Of a stretch of 64,000 nucleotides of DNA, positions 1 to 8,700 are shown piece after piece; positions within the stretch are counted from its first letter, which is position 1, and each line of letters starts with the position of its first letter. The stretch covers positions 407,772 through 471,771 of the forward strand of contig CP070751.1 in the NCBI GenBank assembly GCA_020348445.1, in the 5' to 3' direction. The notes beneath the pieces were generated by a model. The model was given only the letters and a program-made list of their open reading frames with translations. It had not been told where the DNA came from and ran no database searches. A program made the translations under genes and the position numbers. This DNA is from Thermoplasmata archaeon (GTDB taxonomy: Archaea; Thermoplasmatota; Thermoplasmata; GCA-020350865).

Positions 1-24
1 AGAATCCATATTTAACATGTCCAT
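1..24 (-). CDS. Possible 5' end of a gene running off the left edge (MDMLNMDS...)
   Basis: Minus strand reads GGTGTGAAA-ATG (SD-like) at 24, divergent from the gene at 192/228 across an AT-rich gap. Only 8 codons are visible. Confidence 0.25.
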
Positions 25-78
25 TTTCACACCAAAGATGGTCCAAAACGCTTTAATATAATAATATATTAACGTAAA

Positions 79-88
79 TTATATATAA
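79..88 (+). promoter_or_regulatory. TATA-box-like element for the first large gene
   Basis: TTATATATAA lies about 140 nt upstream of the ATG at 228; an SD-like GGAGGGGG is at 211-218. Confidence 0.45.
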
Positions 89-191
89 CCGATATATCAA
101 TTATGTACTGGCCTTACCTGGGAGGGAGAGCCAGAATATGGTGTTATTAAAAGTGGGCGATTGTACATGAATCCAGTGAGTTTACACAGTA

Positions 192-3100
192 ATGACCATG
201 ACTTTTTCGAGGAGGGGGAATTGGCGAATGACAAGTAGTGAATACAGTGCCAAACTGAAGAAGATATGCTCTGTCATTATAGTTACCAATTTGTTTTTGA
301 CTTTGTTTGTAACAATTGGATTGTGGAATTCACCCAATGTAAGGGCAGATTCCTTAAGCCACACAGTTGGGAACCTCGATATCATCGGCATGACAGATTA
401 CGGAAGAATCGGAACACGATCGATATTATGGAATAATATTGAGCAGACTGCCGCTGTCTCAACTGATAGACCTTATCACGGTCTAGTGCTTGACCACAGT
501 CTCTACGATCACAGTGGTGGAGACTATGGGATAGCTGATTGGTGGGATTCATACCAGAATCCAATTTATCCCGATTTTAGGTCATTAGATGCCGATCAAA
601 GCATCATATTCGAGGAAAACTCCCCCAGTCTTCAAAAGAGCATATGCTCGTTCACCCAGGTGGATGCAAATGGAGAAATCGGAGTTGGATATGACGTTCG
701 CGTTCATCAGACAGTTTGGACCCTTGAGAACAAGAATTGGGCCATTGTTGAATGGGAAATAGAGAATCTCATGGGTTCAGACCTCACCCAGGTCCATGTG
801 GGTATGGAGGTATTTTCTTCGGCTTCTGGTGGGTCAAATTGGTTTGGTGTGGCCGGAGATGAGGCCGATGATCTAGACTACTGGGATGACACAAACAAGG
901 TATATTATCTACAGGATAACTTCCTGACCACAATTGGCTATTGCTCGGCAGATATTTCAAATCCATTGGATCATTACTATGGCGATGAGACCAACTTTTT
1001 TAACGAAGATAAGAGCGCCTACACGGCATTGACATCGGCAGATACCCTTGCACAAAATGATCCTCAATTTAATTACGGAACAGATCCGATATATTCCCTG
1101 GTCAGTTGGAATAACAAGGTTATCCCAGCCTATCAAACTCTGGTCTTTCCCATGGTGATTGCCTGCGGTTATGATTCCTCATTCATGCTCAATGCCATAA
1201 ATGAGGCACGGGATTTTTGGGACTCCACAAGGTTGAAGATCACGGAAATTCAGGACTCACCTGATATCGATGAAAAAATAGAAATATACAACAGCGGAAG
1301 CAGAGATATAAACCTCGCAGGATATTATCTTTCACCGGATGGAGGAACAACAAAATGGTATCTGGATTCACTTGGTACGATACCAAGTGGTGGTTATGCC
1401 GTTTATACTCCTTTCGGAGGGGATGACCTTGACGATGAGGGAGATATTCTAACCCTCTTTACCGATGGTAACTTCTACCTGGATAGGATAGGTTACGGAA
1501 CCATGGGTACGACTCCCGACCCTCTTCTTGGCGAGTCAACAGCCAGACATTGGGAAGGTACAAAATACTCCAGGATTTGGAACAGAGAAACCACCCCCAC
1601 CTTCGGGTCTCAGAACACGGTTTTGGGCTCTGAGACAGATCCAAAGGTCGTGCTAAACGAGGTCTTGTTCAATCCAGGTACGTATGAGGCCTTCATAGAA
1701 TTGAAGTACATTGGATTGGGTGTGGATGTAAATCTCAATGGTTGGCAGGTGGTGATTGACGTACCTTATACAATTGGAGATATCACATTAAATCCCACGT
1801 ATCAGTATTATATAATCAATGAACCCATTGCTCCGGGACTGTTTGGCACCATTACTCCATCGGGGGATAATGTATACCTCTATGACGACACTGGAGTTTT
1901 GATGGACATGGTTGGATGGAGTTCGGCCCATCAACCAGACACAAGTGTGATGAGGGTGCCTGAAGGAGAGGGCACCTACGATGGATACGACGATCCCAGC
2001 TCCATTTCTGCTGGTTGGCAGTTTGATCAATACCCAACAATGGCATTGGTGAACATAGATCCTGATCAAGAAAAAGCTGGAGACCTTGGATCAATGATAA
2101 TATTTAATTTAACAATCACCAATGTAGGGCCAACAGCCGATGTTGTGGATGTTAATTATAGTTCACTGGTAGATGGCCTACCTGGTTGGTGGGAGATAGA
2201 GCTGTTTTATGGTGGCGGGGGCTGGATCCCGTTGGCTGATACAGATGGCGATGGCCTTTTAGATGTTGGTTCATTGGACCCGTTCTCCTCGATTATCATA
2301 GTGGTGAGGGTGACTGTGCCCTCAGAGTTGCCCATAGGCGGTGTATGCGTGATAACTTTGGATGTCACTTCATCGATAAATCCTTGGGCATTCGATACTG
2401 CGGTTCTACAAGCAGGAGCCTATCCACATATAGAAGCCTATAAATCTGTCAATTACGAGTATATGTATCTGTATGGTGGTAGGCTAGTGGGTTTCGTTCC
2501 CGACGAGGCTACACTGACCATAACCCTTGAAGGCAAAGGGGGAGTCCCTGGTGCCTTAATCTCACAGGATGTTATCTTTTGCATGGACAGCTCAAGCAGT
2601 ATGCTATCCAGTGATCCGAGCAGAGAACGAATAGCAGGAGCAAAATACTACGTGGACCTGTTATCATATCCTGCAAGGGCTGGTGTGGTGGACTTTGATG
2701 ACACCTCCAGATTGGTAATTGGTTTGACTGACGATTATGATGCAGTAAAAGCCGCCCTAAACTCCATAAATGATGATGGGATGACTGATATGAGTAGGGG
2801 ATTGATACTTTCAATCAATGAGCTGATCAATAATGGCAATTACAATTACAATCGAATCATAATACTACTTACTGATGGAAGCAATAATTACCCAATTCAG
2901 GACGATGCGACATTGGCGGAAGCTCAAAGGGCCGCAGATAATGGAATAATAATATACACCATCGGTTTGGGCGATAATGCTGATGAGGCTCTGCTTCAGC
3001 AGGTAGCCAGCATAACAGGTGGCAAATATTATTGGAGCCCAACTCCCGATAACCTGCAGGATATATTTGGAATCATTGCAGAGGAAACCATCAGCATTGC

Positions 3101-5684
3101 AGGTGAGGACCCTGATCCCGATGATCTGATTCCTTTACTCACTGACGTACTACCACCATACATCGACTATATTCCTGGAAGCTTCATAAACCCGTACACA
3201 GGGGAGCCGATGGAGCCAAGCAGGATCACCATCGATGGTTTTGGTAACACGATCCTGGAGTGGAATATTACCAAAATCGCCATTGGAGCCAAATGGGGAG
3301 TTTCCTTCAATATCACGGCAAGTGAAATTGGATTAAAAGAGACCAACTTATACGGAGTTTCTGCCATCAATTACGATCGATACACAGATGTGAACACCAC
3401 AGTACCAACAATTGACTTTCTTCCAAGAGTATGGATCAATGTGTTGCCCATTCCGCCGACACCACCAATTCTATACAACAATTTAACAGAAGACAAAGAG
3501 GATGTCTGGTTGAATTGGACAGAGCCTCTAACGTCCACACATCATTATTTGATATACAGGGCCGAGGACAAACAGGGTTTTGATTTTTCCACTCCCTGGA
3601 AAAACACATCAAATGATATAAACCCGATATCAGGTATTAAGGACCCATTGAACCGAAACTGGTTGGATGATAATGCAGCATTACCCACATCAGCTCCACA
3701 GTACTACTACTGTGTAAGAAGTGTGGAAGCCTCGGGTAACATCAGTACCACCAGCAATACAGTAGGCAAGTGGACCAAGGCTTTTTCTGAGGGTGTGGGC
3801 ACGTTTTCTCTGCCCCTTGAGCCATTTGAAATCAAAGAGGTTGACTGGTATTGCGATGACATTCCAAATGTGGAATATATTAAATGGGTGGATCCTGCAA
3901 CACAGACCTGGATAACCCATTACAAATCCGATGCCCTGGGTATAAATGATACCCAAGTGGTTGTGGGAGAAGGTTATGAGATAAAAGTGGATACACAGAC
4001 TTACTACACGTTCACGGGCAGGCCTGGTTGCTCCATAAGATATGACGAAGGATGTCTACCTGCTCCAACTGGTTTTTCCTTGAGCTTGGGACCCATGGCC
4101 AATACCATGCGCTCCTCAAATTTTGGTTCACGTTCAACTTGGTCCATGTGTGTTGCACTAGGTGATGTGGATTCAGATGGCAACCTCGATGCTGTTGTGG
4201 GGAATTTCTTTGAGCAGAATGTCGTGTATCTAGGAGATGGTAACGGCAAGTTCAGTGCATTTTCTTACTTTGGTGAAGCATTTGAGGCAACGGCCAGTAT
4301 TGCCCTGGGGGATGTGGATTCAGACAACGACCTTGACATAGTAACTGGAAACCAGTACATGGGATATGGCGGTCAGAATGTTGTTTTCCTAGGTGATGGT
4401 GACGGAACCTTTGACACAACTTCCTATAATTTCGGAACAGGATCGGACTCCACAGGAAGCATCGCCCTTGGCTATATCGATTCCGACAGCAATCTGGACA
4501 TCGTTTGCGGGAACCAGTTCAATGGTGTCGACTGCCAGAATGTGGTTTACCTGGGAGATGGAGACGGCACTTTTGATACGACATCATATAATTTCGGTTC
4601 AGGCTTTGATTTCACCACCTGTGTAGCCCTCGGATACGTGGATTCTGATGCGATCCTCGATATCGTGGTTGGAAATTATGCAGAACAGAACGTGGTCTAT
4701 ATCGGGGACGGCGACGGCAGTTTCGATACCACATCATATAATTTCGGGATAGGAGATGATCCCACGTCCAGCATTGCCCTTGGATATGTGAATTCAGATT
4801 CTTATCTTGATATAGCTGTGGGAAACAGATATGATGGTGTGAATGGACAGAATGTCGTATACCTGGGTGACGGGGACGGCACCTTCGACACCACATCCCA
4901 TAATTTTGGAAATGGCACAGATATAACTTCAAGCGTTGCCCTGGGCGATATGAACCAAGACGACATCCTTGATATCTTTGTTGGAAACGAGTACGATTGG
5001 ATTGATGATGGACAGAATTTTGTTTATTTTGGAAATGGCGACGGTACAGTAGACACCTATTTCGAATTCGGCACTGGAATAGATAACACAATGGATTTGG
5101 CTGTGGACGATATCAACAACGATGACAGGCTTGACATAGTCTGCGCAGACAGTAATGATGCAAATGCAGTTTATTACACTACAATCTCTTACACTGTCAA
5201 TCTAAGCTGGGATCCTGTTTCCTCCCCGGCCTTTGACAGGTATGTGATATACAGGGCAGGAACCAGGGACGGCCTGAATATCATTTCCCTACCCGTTCTT
5301 GCTACAACCACGAGTACCCGATTTTCCGACCTGGTGGATCTATGTGACGGGACCGAATTTTATTACATGGTTGCCGCCCTTAAATCAAGCGAGATAGTGG
5401 GTTACAACTCAACCTACAGCATTGGAATATGGTTTTGCGAATTTTCCAAGGGATATGAATCCCTAGGATTGCCCCTGGAGCCATTGGTAGTAAAAAATGT
5501 GGACTCATACTGTGATGACATACCAAACATGGTTGGTATGAACTACTATCTTTACAGTGAGTCGCGATGGGGATGGCATTCAACGAGAATGCCCAAGGGA
5601 GCATATGATCCTTTTGTGGTCATGTCAGAGGGTTATCAGCTCTCCACAGAAGATGATGCCAGGTTCGCTTTTATTGGGATATAG
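192..5684 (+). CDS. Large secreted modular protein: signal/TM, 2 lamin-tail domains, VWA, FN3-like modules, 7-blade FG-GAP propeller (start probably 228)
   Basis: Hydrophobic N-terminus. LTD motifs (KITEI...EKIEIYN...INLAGYYL; VVLNEV...FIEL). VWA MIDAS DSSSSM, then TDMSRG and LLTDG. Seven xLGDxDxDxxLDIVxGN repeats. The LPLEP...YCDDIP module occurs twice. Confidence 0.85.
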   Translation: MTMTFSRRGNWRMTSSEYSAKLKKICSVIIVTNLFLTLFVTIGLWNSPNVRADSLSHTVGNLDIIGMTDYGRIGTRSILWNNIEQTAAVSTDRPYHGLVLDHSLYDHSGGDYGIADWWDSYQNPIYPDFRSLDADQSIIFEENSPSLQKSICSFTQVDANGEIGVGYDVRVHQTVWTLENKNWAIVEWEIENLMGSDLTQVHVGMEVFSSASGGSNWFGVAGDEADDLDYWDDTNKVYYLQDNFLTTIGYCSADISNPLDHYYGDETNFFNEDKSAYTALTSADTLAQNDPQFNYGTDPIYSLVSWNNKVIPAYQTLVFPMVIACGYDSSFMLNAINEARDFWDSTRLKITEIQDSPDIDEKIEIYNSGSRDINLAGYYLSPDGGTTKWYLDSLGTIPSGGYAVYTPFGGDDLDDEGDILTLFTDGNFYLDRIGYGTMGTTPDPLLGESTARHWEGTKYSRIWNRETTPTFGSQNTVLGSETDPKVVLNEVLFNPGTYEAFIELKYIGLGVDVNLNGWQVVIDVPYTIGDITLNPTYQYYIINEPIAPGLFGTITPSGDNVYLYDDTGVLMDMVGWSSAHQPDTSVMRVPEGEGTYDGYDDPSSISAGWQFDQYPTMALVNIDPDQEKAGDLGSMIIFNLTITNVGPTADVVDVNYSSLVDGLPGWWEIELFYGGGGWIPLADTDGDGLLDVGSLDPFSSIIIVVRVTVPSELPIGGVCVITLDVTSSINPWAFDTAVLQAGAYPHIEAYKSVNYEYMYLYGGRLVGFVPDEATLTITLEGKGGVPGALISQDVIFCMDSSSSMLSSDPSRERIAGAKYYVDLLSYPARAGVVDFDDTSRLVIGLTDDYDAVKAALNSINDDGMTDMSRGLILSINELINNGNYNYNRIIILLTDGSNNYPIQDDATLAEAQRAADNGIIIYTIGLGDNADEALLQQVASITGGKYYWSPTPDNLQDIFGIIAEETISIAGEDPDPDDLIPLLTDVLPPYIDYIPGSFINPYTGEPMEPSRITIDGFGNTILEWNITKIAIGAKWGVSFNITASEIGLKETNLYGVSAINYDRYTDVNTTVPTIDFLPRVWINVLPIPPTPPILYNNLTEDKEDVWLNWTEPLTSTHHYLIYRAEDKQGFDFSTPWKNTSNDINPISGIKDPLNRNWLDDNAALPTSAPQYYYCVRSVEASGNISTTSNTVGKWTKAFSEGVGTFSLPLEPFEIKEVDWYCDDIPNVEYIKWVDPATQTWITHYKSDALGINDTQVVVGEGYEIKVDTQTYYTFTGRPGCSIRYDEGCLPAPTGFSLSLGPMANTMRSSNFGSRSTWSMCVALGDVDSDGNLDAVVGNFFEQNVVYLGDGNGKFSAFSYFGEAFEATASIALGDVDSDNDLDIVTGNQYMGYGGQNVVFLGDGDGTFDTTSYNFGTGSDSTGSIALGYIDSDSNLDIVCGNQFNGVDCQNVVYLGDGDGTFDTTSYNFGSGFDFTTCVALGYVDSDAILDIVVGNYAEQNVVYIGDGDGSFDTTSYNFGIGDDPTSSIALGYVNSDSYLDIAVGNRYDGVNGQNVVYLGDGDGTFDTTSHNFGNGTDITSSVALGDMNQDDILDIFVGNEYDWIDDGQNFVYFGNGDGTVDTYFEFGTGIDNTMDLAVDDINNDDRLDIVCADSNDANAVYYTTISYTVNLSWDPVSSPAFDRYVIYRAGTRDGLNIISLPVLATTTSTRFSDLVDLCDGTEFYYMVAALKSSEIVGYNSTYSIGIWFCEFSKGYESLGLPLEPLVVKNVDSYCDDIPNMVGMNYYLYSESRWGWHSTRMPKGAYDPFVVMSEGYQLSTEDDARFAFIGI
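4141..5160 (+). repeat. Seven intragenic FG-GAP repeats, visible at DNA level
   Basis: Near-identical DNA blocks such as GGAGATGGAGACGGCACTTTTGATACGACATCATATAATTTCGG recur about every 145-160 nt. Confidence 0.85.
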
Positions 5685-5753
5685 AAGTGATGTACGGTAT
5701 AATAGGTATCGGCATCTCTTTTGAACACTTATTATTAAAATATATCCTAATTT

Positions 5754-8700
5754 CTATTCAGGTGGGGGTGGAGGAGGTGGTGGTAAATCATTCTTTTTTC
5801 CTTCTTCTGGTTGATCAGATTCAGGAGTTTCAGGTGTCTCAGAAGGCTCAGGGGTATCCTCAGATGGCCCCTCGGGTAATCCCTCCTCAGAGGGTGTTGG
5901 AGTTGTGGCCGGAGGCTCAGAAGGTTCATCTGGCTCCTTTGATATTTCAGAGGATGGTTCTTCATCTATTTCTGGGGAAGGGGGCTCCTCCGAGGGGATT
6001 TCTTTTTCAGGCTCCAATTCAGTTTTTTCTTCCTCTGGCAGTTCTTTAATTGTTTTCATCTTTGTGATAGTGAGCAATAAAAATATTATAATAATGAGGA
6101 GAATAATGATTATCAAAAGCAGAATCGGTATTAACAGATCAGGCTCCTCTGTTTCTTCTTTTTCAGTAACATCCGGGTCTAGAGGATCCAGGTCTATCAC
6201 ATCCGGGATTCCATCACCATCATCATCTGTATCTTTATTGTCTCCTATGCTGTCACCATCTGTATCTTTGCTTTCCTCTGGATCAAATGGGAAATCATCC
6301 TCGGTATCTAAAACGCCATCATTGTCGTCATCTGTATCTGCATTGTCGCCTATACCATCATCATCCGAATCCTTGGTCTCATTTGGATCTTTGGGAAAAT
6401 CATCCTCGGTATCTAAAACGCCATCATTATCGTCATCAGTATCGAATTCATCGAATTCGCCGTCTCCATCAGTGTCCTCTAAAATCGTGATTGTGATTAC
6501 ATCAGTTGCCGTGTCACCCTCGTCGTCTGTGACCGTCACAGTTACAGTGTATGAGCCGGGATCGTCATAGGTGTGCGTCGGAGATGGTTCAGAAGAGGTG
6601 TCACCGTCGCCGAAGTCCCATAACCACACCAAATCATTGGGAGGAGTCTCGTAGTCGGTACCATCCGCTAGGAAAGTTATACTAAAGGAATCCTGCGTGC
6701 CACCTTGTGTTAGAATAGTCACCTCGGGATCCTTATTCTTCAATTCAAAAACATTATTTTTTACCTTCCAATCGCTCCAATCAACACCATCAGAAAACCG
6801 CACCTGGAAATCGTAATCACCAATACCCATTTCCGTAATTGGAGCGAAAGTGATTTGCCATTCCTCGTTTATATATTTTAGACCTTTAAGAATGCTGCTA
6901 TTGCTTAGCCAATCTCCTGTTTGTCCTCTGTATTGAAACTCCACTGTAAAGTGGGATTCTGTACTGGGGGCAAAATCCACATCCTGGCCATTGGCCGTGA
7001 TTGTTATCTCCTCCCCGCGATACCCCTCCTCCTCAGAAACATCAAGGTCCGTTACCTCTGGTTTTACATTTAGAACTTTTAGTAAATTGTTAGCTGTTGT
7101 CCAATCACTTTCATCCTCTTCATCATCTTCGAACTTTATCCTAAAGGAGTAATTGCCCACAGTAAACGTTTTCAATTTGGGTGGCGTAAATTCGATTTTC
7201 CATTTACCTCCTGAGTAGTAGATATCAAAGTAAGAATCATCGGTATCCCAACCTGTACCATCGTTCCACTCGAGGATTGTTTCCAGATCACGCTCATGGG
7301 TTTCCACATCATATCCGTTCGCTATTAACAGTATGGTTCCTCCTCTCTTAACTGTGTCAATGTTCTCATCTTCCAATTCCAGGGCAATGGCTGATGGAGG
7401 ATTGTTCAGGACATCCACTTTATTGTCGTTACCTGGCCAGGCCGTTGTCCAGGCTCCACCATCGCTGTAACCACCTGCGCTGTTTTTTACCTTAACACGG
7501 AAGGCGTATTCACCATCTTTTTCAGTTTCTGTGGGTGTAAATTCAATTATCCAATAACCTGTATCATCGTATAGATTGGAGTTTGTATCCGCGTAATAAA
7601 TGCTTATAAGATTAGAATCTTTAAACTTGGTCCAAGCAGTCTGACCTGGTTTTAAAAACTCGCCTTCCACCGTCATATTGGGCTCGTATTCCAGTTGATC
7701 TATTGTATTGAGTACTATATATAGAGACTGGGTTCTGTATATCTGCTGTGAATCAAAGAGTATGCTTTGAATCTCAGGCTCTGGCACCTGTACCTCAACG
7801 GCCCGGGCTATGGCAATCCACGAGGGACCGACACTCTCTTCACCATCTGCATCCTCCACCTTTGCCCTGAAATCGTAGCGCCCCAGTTGCATGTCGATCC
7901 CAGGTTCGAATTTGATACGCCATCTTCCGCTCGGGGGAGTCCCGATATATTCCTTAGTAGTTACGTAACCGACTGACCATCCCTGCGGGGTGCTTTCGTT
8001 GTACTGCCATTGCACAGTAACTGTCAGTTGGTTTTCAGAAGTCTCGTAGTCACTTGCGTTCAAATAGATGTATATGAACTCCACTCCTTTTTTCACAGTT
8101 GATGCCGAGACGCCGATATCTTCCAGTTGCGGCGCGTTGTTCTGAACCTCAACCAACGCGGTTTCAATGTGTTCGTCGTACCCGCCATCACTGTCCGTGA
8201 TTCTCACCTTGAACTTGTACCAGCCCAAAGGTGCATTCTCATCAGGATTGAAGCTGGCGTAAAAGATGCCGTTGGATTCTTCTACTGTCCCGATATATGT
8301 TTGCTCCCAGACGGTGCCTCCACTGGAGGTGTTGTAATAGAACTCCACGCCACTTTTATTTAAAATGCTCTCTTCCAAATCGGTGCCATTGGCAAAGAGC
8401 CAAATCGAATCACCCCTGATTACCTCGACTTCGCCGGTTTTTAGGTCAATGACATTGGGGTGATTGTTGAGTAGATCAACCAGGTTATCCTGCTGGTACC
8501 AATCGCCCCAGTCCAAGTCTGGATCCCTGAATCTTACCCTGAAATCCACAAGGCCGTGATGGGGATCGGGCCTTGCAGCCGGAGGCTCGAATTTGAATCT
8601 CCAATGGCTGTTCGTGGAATCCCAAACACTCTCTGTGATATAATTGCCAGACCATTGGCTGCTGTCGTTGAGCCTGTATTCACACTGTGCCTCCCATGTG

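Noticed and set aside
4141-5160. Regular DNA repeats that could be mistaken for a CRISPR array
   Set aside because: They are in-frame coding FG-GAP units with degenerate third positions and no unique spacers. No cas genes are present.
5905-6570. 221-aa Ser-rich plus-strand ORF (and 5687-6049)
   Set aside because: It is an antisense shadow of the Asp/Glu-rich repeats and TM of the 1806-aa gene.
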